A DNA stretch of 64,000 nucleotides from Vermamoeba vermiformis (Eukaryota), in the NCBI GenBank assembly GCA_045837725.1, contig JBEWZL010000076.1, positions 310,001-374,000 of the forward strand. Reading direction: 5' to 3'. Positions 13,701 to 26,425 of this stretch are shown piece by piece (positions within the stretch are counted from its first letter, which is position 1; each line of letters starts with the position of its first letter). Both the position numbers and the translations under genes were made by a program. A model generated the notes under the pieces. That model was given only the letters and a program-made list of their open reading frames with translations. It searched no databases and was not told the origin of the DNA.

Positions 13701-16311
13701 CATCAATGCTCGGACTTCATATGGCGAGACACCGTTGTTGCTGTTGGTCAAGTCAAACTCCGGCGGCAATACTATATTGCACAATGCGTCTATCTTGCTC
13801 AAGCATGGTGCTAACCCCAATATACCGGTACGTGCAACACCTTTGTTTCAAATTTAGTTCAAACCATGACAAATTTTCTGGCTCACGATAACATTTTAAC
13901 TGTTTTTGTTAACTATTTTGGTTCTTGAATGCACCATTTATTCTTTGCTATGTTGAGTATTTCTCATTTACTTTGATTTTTCTCAGGATAACAACGACTG
14001 GACACCACTCCACGCAGCCCTGTACATCGGAGCGTGGGCAGTCGCGTCAGAACTGATGGCTCATGGTGCTAATATCAATGCACAAGACCGACTCGGCATT
14101 ACTCCGCTCATGACCTTGTTGCTGGGATTCTGTCATAATCGAGACCTGCAATTTACTGACATGGAAGACGAGTGCCTCAAACTCATGACGAGAGGTGTCA
14201 ATTTTGAACTCGTGGACAAGTCCTTCAAGCGCTCGTTGATGCATTATGTCGCGTGTATTGGTTCGCCAAATATGGCACAATTCATCTGCAACGAATGTCC
14301 TAAACTTATCAACATGCCGTAAGTTCTATTATTTTTGCTCTTAATTATTCGAGTTCAATAATACCTGCAAAGATTGAATTGAGTTATAATTCTCTTCTAA
14401 CTTGGATTAATAGGGATATCGAGGGCTTTACTCCATTACACTACGCAGTGATGTACTGTAATCGTGACATGGTTGAGTTTTTGTTGAAGAACGGAGCGGA
14501 TCCGAACGCCCAAACAGCACTGCTTCGACTAACACGTAATACTAACAATTGAAGTTGTTACCTTATTTCTCGACCTAATTGTATCGTTTGACAGCCGCGA
14601 TGTTATGCACGCATATTCGAAAGGAAGGGTTCATAACCAGTAATTCTCTGGGTCATTTCTTGGCAACGCAGAATTTGTTTTTGTTGGCCACGTCAATTAG
14701 CACTAGAGAAGATGAAAAATCACTTCTTTTATCCAAATTTCAATTTATTGAGCCTCCATGGACTCAAACACCACGTAAGAGATGCTCAGAAAGATTGACA
14801 AAGTAAGTTGTACCGGCCATATTTTTCCGTTACAAATTGCATTTTGATTTCTGAATTTTCTAAATATTTATTGATTCGGTTCTTATTAATCATATTATTA
14901 TTTCTAAGTACTCTATGGACTCCAAACATTAATGGCATTCTTCCGATGCTGGTGCCGGTGTCAGATCCGCACCTAAAAGACATCAACAACTCGACACTGC
15001 TTCATCACTTGGTACCCATCGCCTACCAAGGCGAGCACGTTAAGGTTATAGACCTCATCCGGGCCCAAAAAGAATTCATGCCCTATTGGTCCGTTGCCGA
15101 TGACCTAGGGAACGTTCCCATAAAAATGTAAGACGTTTTGTTATGTATATTATTATATTTGGTACTAATATTGTATTAAGGTTATTAAATTTGGTCAGCT
15201 ACGGTGGTTTTGGAGGAAGTTCCCATATAAGACCCGAGCAGTACGTTTTTGAATTTGACAAAAAAAAAGTAATTTGTTTGGTAATGTTATTATTATTAAG
15301 GGCCATGTCACTTTGCAAGGATCATCAAATTAAGATTTATAACGACGACAATGACTTCTCTGTCTTAAATATGGTGTTGCAGAAAGAGAGCTTAAAAGAA
15401 CTCTTGAATTTAATCGGTAATTTATAAAATACTTAATTCTCTAATAATTACCCTCATGAAATTCTATAGGCTAGATTATTTCTAATTATCTGCTTAGATT
15501 TCTCCAAGGTGCCAATACAAGTCCGTTTCACGCCACCTGAACAGTGCCACACATTAATGGATCCGCTGATCACTTCACAATCTTCACCCGCGTTAATCAA
15601 TCAAGTTCTAATTATGCAACCACAAGCTTTGAATGCTCAAAATGCCCAAGGAGATACGCCTTTGATATTAGCCACTGAGGTAAGATCAATCACATTTTCA
15701 TTTGTACTGGCGCGAAGTGATGTTCGAATGTTTGGTCAACGTTTGGTCAAACTAACAATTGTACTTCAATATGAGCTAATATATTCGGTTTATAGTGTCT
15801 GATTCGCTTCACGACAACTCATGGTAGTGTAAGTATCATTCTGCAACAACGCTGTTAACTCGATCTAACTCCTTTATTGCGCAGATTTTACAACAAATGG
15901 ATGTCCTCGATTTATTATTGTCCAAACAAGGTAATATCAATAATTGATCTGCATTACGTACCAATAATAATTAACATTCTAGGAATTGATTTGAACAAGC
16001 AAAATAACGAAGGAAATACCGCACTTCACGTAGCTTCTACCCTGTTCCATCTCGGAGTCATTGATGCTATTAATGGAAATATGAAAGATACAATCTTATC
16101 CTTAGTGCCGTTCTGTGTTGCGGCTTTCAAGTTACTCGAAGCTGGATCTCGTACCGACATCAAAAATAAGGCTGGCAAAACACCACTCGATTATTGCCCG
16201 AGATTGGTCGAGTACTTTAATCAGTACAACGATTTAATTAAGAAGACTATAGAGGTAGCGCGTCGAACGTTTACAGCAGCAAGAGCACAATTCTTGTTTG
16301 GAGCAAAATAA
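10753..16311 (+). CDS. Large F-box plus ankyrin-repeat protein with internal FG-repeat region
   Basis: Exons 1-2 give F-box-like MEHYIDLVDDIWQRIFLSF...LTQ|VSKRWRNII. Many ankyrin motifs follow (GWTPMHHAA, GETPLLLL, WTPLHAA, GITPLMTL, GFTPLHYA, GDTPLILA, GNTALHVA). Ends FLFGAK-stop. Some internal exon borders at 14540-15500 are uncertain. Confidence 0.85.
12960..13545 (+). repeat. FG/PFG low-complexity coding repeat with an internal DNA duplication
   Basis: About 16 FG dipeptides in S/T/G/N spacers. Near-identical DNA copies TTTGGCGGGAAC(G/A)GCACCGGTGGATTTGGT at about 13129 and 13366. Confidence 0.85.
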
Positions 16312-16486
16312 CGGATCTAGTCTTTGTAAGCCATGCTTGTCCAAACATTATATTGTCGGTATTTCCTGTGTAATAAAGTCCAAGAGTAGCATATTGTATT
16401 GAGTTTAACTGATGAATGAGGGTTTTATTACAATGCAAGATCCGTTACAATAAAAAAATACTCTACAACTACGACGTGTAAGGTCA

Positions 16487-17723
16487 TTAATAGTTCTCTT
16501 GTTTGAAGAAAAAGTCTTTAACAGCTTGTTCAACGCGCATTTGTGGGTCAGCGGCGATAGCATTGAATATCTAAGCCAAAATTAAGTTAGTTCTTCGAGA
16601 AATATGTTAGAAGGTATTTAGCAAGCTCTTACATGTTGGAACTTGTGCAATCTGTCATTAATAACGTCGGTTTTAAATCTTTAAAAGGAGTTGTTAGTTA
16701 CCTCGCGTACTGGATCAGATTTCGAAAACTTACCGGCCAAAATTGTTCTTGGAAGGAAAAGAGGGCAACTTGCTTCCATATTTCTTTTCTAATCGATCGT
16801 ACATGCGCTTAACGAGGTTATATCGCTTCGATATCCTGAGCGCTGGATGCACGCCCCATTCTCGCAAGTTTGTAGTCAAAGTGAAGTAATATTCCGTTCG
16901 CTCTTCAGGCGGTACACCTACACGGCGAGGTTCTGATACGACAATGCTGAAATCATAGCCGAATTGAGGAGGCGGGGTCTGGATGTGGTGCGTGGTAACA
17001 ACTTGTTGCGTAATCATGGGCTGAGGAACGCCGACGTTGAATGATACCTATAATGACATTATTATAATACTGTACAACAGAATATTAATTAAAGGTCGAG
17101 CATTATCGATCGCCAAATTGAAAAGTTTGTATTTTAGTTGCGGATGCGATTGTGTCGTCTGCCAATCTTTTAATAGTTGATGCCAAGTAAAGTTTAGTAA
17201 GAGCACAAATAGGAGGACCCCCTATCATATGCCTGCGATTCAAAGATGGTCGCTTCAGAATTTAGTTCAACCTACCGATGCGTTTGGAACTGAGATGCCA
17301 ACGCTAGGTACACCCATCGAAAGATTAACGCTAGGCTGATTGACCTATAATATACAAATAAGAGTTAGGAACATATAGTTAGGGGGACGCAGCAGTCCCT
17401 TTGGTGACCAAAACGAATCTTGGAGAGCGCTTTCATTATTATAAAGAGGTGTTTTTGGCGTAACAATAGTATTAACGTACTTGAAATGATACATCAGGCA
17501 TGCCCATATCAACTTTCATCTTCGCATCGCCAACTTTGACCTTCATCTTGGCGTCGCCCACATCAAACTTCATTTTCGCTTCAGGCATGCCCATATTCAT
17601 ATTCATGCCCATATTGCTGTGCATACCCATATTCATTCCCATGCCCATGTTCATGTCGGATTGCAATTGAGCAGCGAGCGCGGGATCTCCTTTGACTTCG
17701 ACGCGAGATGAGAAGTGAGCCAT
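16487..17723 (-). CDS. PX-domain protein with Met/Gly-rich and DAKMKV-type N-terminal repeats
   Basis: Five exons. PX features RISKRYNLVKRMYDRLEKKYGSKLPSFPSKNNFGRF...INDRLHKFQH...AVKDFF; N-terminus MNMGMGMNMG and VGDAKMKV twice. Confidence 0.85.
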
Positions 17724-18207
17724 GGCTTGGTTTGTCGGATCTGACTTAGTAATATATAGATTATGTGTCTTGACACTATGCGATGAGATTTTAAACAAAA
17801 ATAAATGCTGTTTAAATAATAGAGCGCTTGTCCATAAGTTTCATTCCCATGTGATTCGTCACGTGGTTGTTTTCAGTTCACAGATCCAAGCGGTACGTTC
17901 CCAAGATTTGATTTTTGAGGAACGTAAGTATTAAGCTCATTATTTTAACTCAATAAATGACTTTTGTAACCGGGTGCTGGTCTTTTTGATCCAGATCCGG
18001 ATTGAAAATTAAGATCTAGAATTGTCAATGATTTGCGCTATTACGCGGAGCATATTTTTATAAATTATTAGAAATATTGACAATTAATAAGGACGTATTT
18101 TCAGTTTAAAATCTTTGACAGGATCTGACAGAAAAAAGGGGTAAACAATTCCAAATTTATAGTACATCGAATTAAATAGATTGATTGAATATAAATATTG
18201 ACTTAGC

Positions 18208-20899
18208 TTATTTAGCATCAGTTGCTGGCGCTGCCGTCGCTTTCTTTTCTTGCTGCTTTTTCTTGGCTTGACGCTTAGCCCAAAGTGGCGAATCTTGTGG
18301 CTTATCTACAGGTAATTCGGCAATAACAGGGTTGCTCTTTTCTTGGTTTAATCGTTCTCGGTCGATCGCTTTGTTGATTGCATTTTTGGCCTGGATCGAG
18401 GATCAGATCAAAAAAACAATTCAAAAATAATTCAAAATATTTAGAATAATTCGCAAATAATATTCTTTAGGCATATTTAATTGATTAGTATTCTTACCAA
18501 AGCGATCTCTTCATTACTCAGACGAATATTGTTTAGTTGTTCGGTAACACTTTCGGTCTCCGCCTGATCCATTAAATATTATCAATATCGAACAATTCAT
18601 ATATGATTATATTAGGCTTGCCACCTACCTTAATCCATTTATGTTCTAAGATCTGTGCGGCTGAATAACGCTTCAACGGATTGACGTCAAGTAAGTGCGA
18701 GACCAGATCTTTCGCTAAAAATTGTTACGTTAGTATTATATTAATATATTTGCGTATTATAGTACCATCATCGGATACGGGTCTACTAGTCGGGAATGTA
18801 TATTTGCCTTCTGACACTAAATCTTCAAGCTCGTCATCATTGTCGGAATTGAATGGTGGACGACCGAACAACCTAACGATTACAAATTAGGCCTATATAA
18901 TGATACTATATTATTAATAATAGTACTTACATGAAGTATAAGATGCAGCCTAGTGACCACATATCAACACTCTTGCTGTATTGTTCTTGGTTGAAAACTT
19001 CAGGGGCTGAAAAGTAGATCCCGTCAGAATTTTATCCACAGTCACAGTACACTATAATATTATAGTATATGTATTATTATGCTTACCAACATAAGCGACG
19101 GTGCCTAGCGGTGTTTCTAACGCATTGCCCGTGTCTCTCTTGGCGAAACCAAAATCGCAAATTTTTATCGTGCAGTCATTGTTGGGACTATCACACAACA
19201 AATTCTCAGGCTATAATAGCGCATTAATACTAAGCATATATAAAACATTAGTATAGACGTTCTTACCTTTAAGTCTCGGTGTGCAATACCTTTGTTGTGG
19301 ATGTACTAAAAAAAAACCAATCCGTTAAGGAGATATTTATAATGATCGATTGAATAGGACGATATTAATATGGATCTATATTAATAAAGTAATCATTAAC
19401 ACGTACTTGAATGCATTGTGTCAGTGATTTCATGTGGTGTCGTGCAATGTCTTCAGGAAGTGCTCCTTTCTTTGCAATTCTTTCGAATAATTCTCCGCCG
19501 CTCAAACTAATATGGAATTATTAATATATATGTAACGTTAATATTAATATAGTTAATAAGCGTGGTTGGCTCGATCCAAATAATAACTTCCCCGTCAGAA
19601 GCTTGAGGACGGAGTTTCGACCGGAGTTAAATTTCTTATTAAATTTTATTAAGAGGGCAATTTAAGCACCAATTTTATTAGCAATTATATTTTAATGATG
19701 GAGATAATGGTTCGTATTATTTTAGCGGAATGCAACTGGTACTCAAGTGGTTGCATTCTAATTATAGTCGCAAAATTGAGGGCACAAAATATCGTTGCTT
19801 CCGAACGAGTGTCCTCATTACAGCAATGATTATTGGGAAATTAAAACCAAGAACTACGATATAATATCATATATGTACAATCTGAACCGAAAACATACCC
19901 TTTTTTTTTTCATATAAGCAAAATCACATTTTTTTGACCCTCTTTTTTGGGTCAGATCCGCTAATTTTGAGTTTAACTTTTACCGGATCGAAAAAAAGTA
20001 GGACCTTTCGGTTCAAAATATAGATATTTAAATAACTATTAATATATATATGCCAACCGCCCGATTACTTGCTTTGTAACAGAGGTCTTACTTAAATGGC
20101 GGCAAATTTTGCCTCCCTAAAAAAAACGACCAGATCCGCGTTTGTTGAATTAGAAGGTTGAATCTGACGAAAATTAATAAAGAAAGTAGTACAAATAGGG
20201 TACTATAACGATATAGTCACCTTGTGAAAGTTTAAACCCCCAATATAATTAATTTTGATTGAAATTATAACTCCGGTCGAAACTCCGTCCTCAAGCTTCT
20301 GACGGGGAAGATAAAATAAAATAATGTACTTACAGTTCCATGACGAAGCTAACGTCTTCATTTGTAATATATACTTCGTATACTTTGACTATATTAGGAT
20401 GATCTAATATTTTGTTAATTTCAATCTCGCGGCGCAGTCGTTCAGCACTAGTGTCGGTTAATTGAGATTTATCGATAATTTTGATCGCGTATTGCTTCTT
20501 TGTCTCGTTATGCGTGCCTAATACTACGGAAGAATAGCTGCCTCTATAATAGAAGAATTTTTAATGCTGCTACAAAAAATTTGATGGCTGATCCAAATTT
20601 CAATTTTGAAATCGCCAATAACCTCGAATAAAATTTGATTATGATAATATAACGATATAAGTGTGATAATAATGACGTGGAGAATCGGTTAAAATGATAA
20701 ATAACAAACAGAAAGCAAGATGTGAATTTTAAAATTTATTCCTGCGTTCAATTTTTATTTAATTGCGAAATAATGCTAAATTAGGCAATAAATATGATCG
20801 TATTAATTAATAATAACAGTAATAAACTACTTACGTGCCCAGAATTTTTTCGAATTCGTACACGTCGTAAACTAGCGGTCCATTTGTAATTACGTTCAT
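18208..20899 (-). CDS. CaMK-group Ser/Thr kinase (CaMKI/MAPKAPK-like)
   Basis: Spliced exons give LGTGSYSSV, YAIKII, LDHPNIV, GGELFERI, IAHRDLKPENLL, ICDFGFAK, GTVAYVAPEV, VDMWSLGCILY, FGRPPF. Confidence 0.93.
19587..20310. mobile_element. 724-bp non-autonomous TIR element (MITE) in kinase intron 2
   Basis: Perfect 43-bp terminal inverted repeats (19587-19629 and 20268-20310; CTTCCCCGTCAGAAGCTTGAGGACGGAGTTTCGACCGGAGTTA), ATAA on both flanks, no ORF. Removing it leaves a typical intron of about 99 nt. Confidence 0.9.
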
Positions 20900-21076
20900 C
20901 AGATCTGCTTGAGCTTTAGCTGTATATGAATAATATAACTATAGTAATCAATTAATGCTTGATTTGTGTTTGCAATGGTGATCTGGCCGAGAATAAGAAT
21001 GGAAATGTTTTGCGCGGGGAAAATGCCAAAAAATGCAGTAGTAATTTTGTGCACGTAAAATAATACAAATACAACA

Positions 21077-21868
21077 ATGGTAAGTATATGTGTATTAAAT
21101 AGGACCAATACCAATGGCTACAAAATAATTCTGCGGATTCGATCGAACGCGAGATGAAAAAAATATCAATAGCAAAGTTAAAGACTAGTCAGTAACTAAT
21201 AGTTGGATAATAATAGAGCAAGGTTAAGAGACACACTATTGTTCTTATTCAAGTCACTCGTAACAAAAACACCAGAACTTACAGCGACTATGAAACTGTT
21301 TCAGAGGCTATGGGAGGTCAGTAATAGCTATTTACCGTATTATAATTCGAAGAAATAATTTTAGGCGTATTATTCTGATTTTTTTGGGCGTAAAGAAAGC
21401 GCAATTATTTTTCGGATCAGATTTATCCAGTTTTATTTGCAGATATTTTATTTGCTTAGAGTACGTATATTAATTCTATATTAATTAGGTATCTGCCAAT
21501 TATTCGAAGAAAAGTTGAAGAGAGACAACCCCAACGTGCGAAACATTACTTACGATATTCAAGATCTGTACAAATACATCGATTCGCTTGGCGACTTGGC
21601 TTGCTTAGTGTAAGTATACTATAAGCCCTATTAATTATTTTCACGAGAATATTTTGAATTTTCTACTCGAGATCCAGTGTATGACGTCACCATCCAGAGC
21701 CTCAACACAAATTTTCAGCTTGTGAACAGTATTTATGCGTTTATCGTACATATATTAACGTTTATATACAGCTTTTCTCCAGAAACTGCTTCATACGTCC
21801 CTCACAACAAGGAGTGGATCAAGGAACGCGTTTTGAAGCACTTGAAGAGCCTTGCTGGTCAACATTAA
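21077..21868 (+). CDS. ERH: Enhancer of rudimentary homolog
   Basis: ATG-only exon 1 (21077-21079), then SKVKRHTIVLIQ...TRTYSDYETVSEAMGGICQLFEEKLK...NITYDIQDLYKYIDSLGDLACLVF...YVPHNKEWIKERV. Confidence 0.95.
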
Positions 21869-22172
21869 ACTCTCTTCATTTGATAGTTACGCGTAATTAT
21901 AATATAACATTTAATATTGCGAGCAGCTCTCTTTCATTTAATCTGACAAATTGGTTCGATCTGAATCTCGAAAATAAATTGCATTGTATTGATAATTCTC
22001 AAATAAATCTAGTATTCGAGATTACGTAGCGTAAATTCTACGACAGCAGGATCACTCTCCGTAACTCCAGCAACATTGTAACGAGATCTGAATTCATTCA
22101 GCCTGATTTCAGACGGTGGCTTAGGTAATAGATGTTCTTTATGAAATTCTATCAATACTAATAAACTTTGTT

Positions 22173-23355
22173 TTAAAAAAATAGATCATTCAATTCTGTT
22201 AAGCTGAAGCCGCTCAACACTTTAGTCCTCCATTGGCTCATCTGCTTCGTCTCCGTCTCCTTCTTCGTTCTCTCCTCATCATCCTCATCATCCTCTTCGT
22301 CTCCTTCATCGCCTTCTTCATCTTCGTCATCACTTTGGTCCAAGCAATCACTTCCGTAGTGAGCACATCTGCCGCAGAGTTTTTGATTACAGCTCGAACA
22401 CTCCTCAGCGTGACCAACGACCTTCAAATAAGAAGTTTAGACGATAGATATGGCACAGGTATTACTTACATATGCCCAATCGCATCCGTGGCCGCACTCT
22501 CGAACGCATCTCGTACAAACGTCTTCCGCCCATCCGTACGCGTTCAGCGCTTTGTCGTAGAACTTACAGTTCTGACAATAGGTCCTCTTACAGTTAGAGC
22601 AACTGAATCCTTTGGGCAGCTTCATTCTGCAGCCAGCACAAGCCACAGTATTGAACGAGTACGACCAAATGATAGCACATCCGTAAGCTTCTTCGCATAA
22701 AGAGCATTTCATCGTCATTCCTGCCGAGGTCTCTTTGATGATATCCATCTCCTTAGATTTCATGCACACGGGACATTTCTGATACCAGTAGTAGTTGTTG
22801 CTGCGATCCAGTACACGAGATTTTTCGTCGAATTTCATTAGCCTATTAAACATAAGTTATGGTTAGAGGTTTGTAAACGCTCGAAGTATATGGATGATAG
22901 GGTGGTTGGCCATATTTTAGTCAACAGTGTTGTTAGTCAAAGCGGATCCGAATCCGATGTCTGCTGAACGAAAAAAGAACTTCATATAGTGCCAAATCTT
23001 ACGTATCACAAATGTTTTGATATTCTGCAGGCTTTTTCTTTTGTACAGCAGCCATAAACTCCGGCCACTTAGTTTGACTTCGCAGAACGGCTTTAACGAG
23101 CGTTTGGAACCCGCGAGACGCTACCTGACAGGTGCATTTGTCGCGGTATGTCATATTCGTTACTATTCCCTCCATAATTTCATTTGGAAATGAGCTCGAG
23201 ATGGGATCTAGAAAAATGTTATTATTTCCAATAAAAAATAGAAAAAATCCGGATTTCTTTTAAAAGTGTTTTCTACGTCTTTATTGATTACCTTCAGTTT
23301 TTGTAGCTTCATTCTCGCTTCCGATTTTCTTTATTTGACTTCCTTCTTGATCCAT
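22173..23355 (-). CDS. F-box protein with multiple CxxC zinc-binding motifs and acidic tail (3' end uncertain)
   Basis: F-box-like DPISSSFPNEIMEGIVTNMTYRDKCTCQVASRGFQTLV; many CxxC pairs (CPVC, CSLC, CAGC, CSNC, CQNC, CTRC, CSSC, CGRC); poly-D/E tail with a probable 1-nt indel near 22274. Confidence 0.75.
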
Positions 23356-23843
23356 AGTTTCTAACTTCGTCTTTTAAAGCCGTTACCTGGTAAATCCGAT
23401 AAAGCAACACTAGTGTTATTGTACTCCTTGGTCGACGAGTTGCGATGTAGTCTACCGATACTTTTCCAACCAATATTTCTTTAACATCACGTGGCGCTTC
23501 AAGGAAATAAGAGCCCCAAATGGCCACCAGAACAGCGTCGCTTCGTAAGTAATACCAACCTCTGAACTCTCACGCGCATTTAATGAACATAATGTGCCTG
23601 TTTATAATCACTGGTACATTATTTGGATTATGAAAGAAGAGGCATTTATTTTGTACTAGAATAATTGTATATAATTTTTTACGATATATATTAACCATTA
23701 TGACTAGGATTTGGTGCCTTCGGAATTAAAAATTGTTTTCCATTTTTGGATCGAGTGCCAAGATAATCGTCGGACATTGTGTAAAAAATTCTTGCTGCAA
23801 TTTGCCAGGCGTGTAGATTTATAAACAAAGGCAATTTGCTTCT

Positions 23844-26320
23844 CTATTCATTTAAATCCACAGGTGCCCATTCGCCGTTTATCAGTTTTTCTTTGTACAA
23901 TAGCGCAGCACCGAACACTTCCTTCAAGACAGCTCGGCGGTTCCCGGTGGCGACTTTGTTGGGTGTGTCACTGAGGCTAAAGTGTTTAATTAGCTTAATA
24001 TGTTTCGTATAGCGTAACTTGTCAAATATTTCTGTTTGTTTTAAAAATATAAATTGTACGTACTCTACTGGGAGCATATTAACGAACAATCTTGTTCCAC
24101 TAGATTGTGCGAGTAACTTGGCGGCTTCTTTATTCTGAGCTGAGCCTTTTGTAGCTTCCATTGCACTGTATATCATCGACACTCTGCCATGAAATTCGTT
24201 AGTAATTGCCAAGAAATGCACTGGTCTAAAAATTGACAAAACTGCCTTATTGAAGGGCTTAGAGAAAGTTACGCTAGAATGACACGTGTCAAACTGCTTT
24301 AGCCATCAAGTTTGTACGAAAGGTTCGTGGTTAGATATCATTGTTGAAAATGACACGTGAAAAAATTATCGTTGGCACGTGTCATATTTTTTCACGCTTC
24401 AAAACAAAAATGCGTACCTTTCGTTTGTTTCTTTGTTTTGCGAGACAATGACTGACGCGGCGTTGGCTAATTTGGCGCCACGTGAAATTTCGTGCCAATA
24501 ATCAAACATCTTGCAGAAGGTGATTTTAGGGAAAGTTATTCCGTCGTATTGCAGGGCTTTGACTTGCACTCGTTTCGTTAAAAATTTGGACTCATAGTCG
24601 ATTATATGTGTCGATATTCTGCTGGTGTACAAAAATTTTCCCGTGCCGAGCTGGAATTGGAAGTTAGCGTGGTAGGCATACAAAAGTATATTTGGCACTT
24701 ACCAAATATAGCTGACCTTTGTCGGTAGTATAATTTGCATTGACGCAAAGTAGTTCAGCGCTTCTCACGTCAAAAAAGTAAAATCGAATGCCTCGCAGGT
24801 ACACGACAATATCGCCAAAGATCCGGACCAATGAGATCGAATAGGTTTTTTCTGATGGCTTGTCGCTATTATATTGTTGAATGATCTTTCCATCAAACGA
24901 TTTCAACACCCATTTTACTCCCTCGCTCCAATGATCTGCAAAAATGACCTGCAAAAATAAGATTTGGTTAAACCCGAAGCTTTTTCACTGAAAAAAAAGC
25001 AAAAACGTACTTCATTATTCTCGGTAATATCCCAATCAACGAATTGATCTGTTTTTTCAGTGAAAACAGTCTGACCAGTCTCCGTATCCAACACTACCAA
25101 ATATAGCAATCGTTCCTGATTGTTGTATCCGTTCTTCAGCTGCGAATAAGCGAGATATTTGCCTTTCAATCGAAAAAGATTGACTAAATTGCGTGAAGGC
25201 ACTAGCTCGTCATATTTGAATTCTTTCCAAGTACATTTCTCCACATCCACCACGTAAAAGCTTGATGTAGCTGAACTGCAAGCAAAAAATACAAGAATTT
25301 ATTATAATCATAATAATTTAGGCTCATATAACTTACTGGTAAATAACAAAAGTGTTATAGTCAGGATTGTCGTTCGCTCGGCCTATTGGACGACCACTGA
25401 ACTTATCTGAGTAATAGGTAATATTAATCGCGCATTTTATTAATATTTTCTTAGAAAAACTTACATCGATTTCCAATGCCTTCGATTGTGGTCACTTTTT
25501 GAGTGGCTCGATTGATGATCCGAATTTTATTTTCAACTTCAAAATCGTCGATGCTTGGGTAGCCTCCCTAATAAATATGAATAAGAATTTTAATTATTAC
25601 TAGAATTTTAATATCAATTACCGAGGTGACTATGTAATTTTTCATGAGCAGCACATTAGGAGCGGATTGTAGATCCAGCATTGTTTCCTCGAGAGTATGT
25701 AGATTAACCATTTTGTAATGAAGCACAGTGGTAGAAGAATAAGACCTAAATATATAGCTTAAGGTCAGTTCTATGAATTTTCAAAGCCACATCCGGATCG
25801 TACGTATCAGCCATGTAATCGTACGTAGCAATTAAGACTTCGTCGCCTACAACCATGCAGCGGTGCATTATTTGATGGTATCCTTGATATTGTGCCGTTC
25901 TAAGTACCCGAATAACACAACTGCAGCGGATTTAGCAATGAAAGGCAAAATAAAATCAAAGACTACCGATTCATTTTCATGTTCTGAACGACCCATAAAT
26001 TCTTTAGCGCATATTCGCGCCAATTTGTAATATTTTGGCATTTAACTAGGCTTGGATGCGCTGCAACAGATAGAGCCTAAATCGAAAAATTCCACATTCA
26101 GTATTTTTGCCATAATAATACCAATAACGTTGATATGCATCATTTCAGACGCTTTGGATAATTTTTCAGATTTTTTAAAGAACCATACCTGCCAGATCAG
26201 CGGCGAGCCCAAGCAGTCTTTCCAAGACTTGCAAACTCCCTCCAACATTACGACTTCTCGAGGTTCTAGCCAGGTTAAAATACCTGAAAATAACTCTAAA
26301 GGCATATTAAGCCAGTCCAT
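23844..26320 (-). CDS. F-box protein with beta-rich (propeller-like) C-terminal region
   Basis: Canonical F-box MDWLNMPLELFSGILTWLEPREVVMLEGVCKSWKDCLGSPLIWQ; about ten further GT-AG exons ending at 23844. Confidence 0.8.
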
Positions 26321-26425
26321 TGTTGCGATCTGTTCGGTGTACAGAAAAATGAAGATCAACATTTGTTTTCTACTATTTACACATTAACGTATTATTGTTA
26401 CAATATTTAGGTATTATCTTTACAT

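Noticed and set aside
21077-21079. ATG-only or tiny first exons (ERH, 57643-57645, RBR, death-domain gene)
   Set aside because: Start-codon-adjacent introns are common in intron-rich eukaryotes.
22010-22280. Apparent frameshift in the acidic tail of the Cys-rich F-box gene (adding one G at about 22274 gives ENEEGDGDEADEPMED-stop at 22222)
   Set aside because: A single-base loss in a short homopolymer is most simply a consensus error; no evidence for programmed frameshifting or editing.
25878-25886. Other RTATCCTT matches (25878, 51845, 53599) as U12 donors
   Set aside because: They lie inside coding exons or on the non-coding strand, with no matching branch site.
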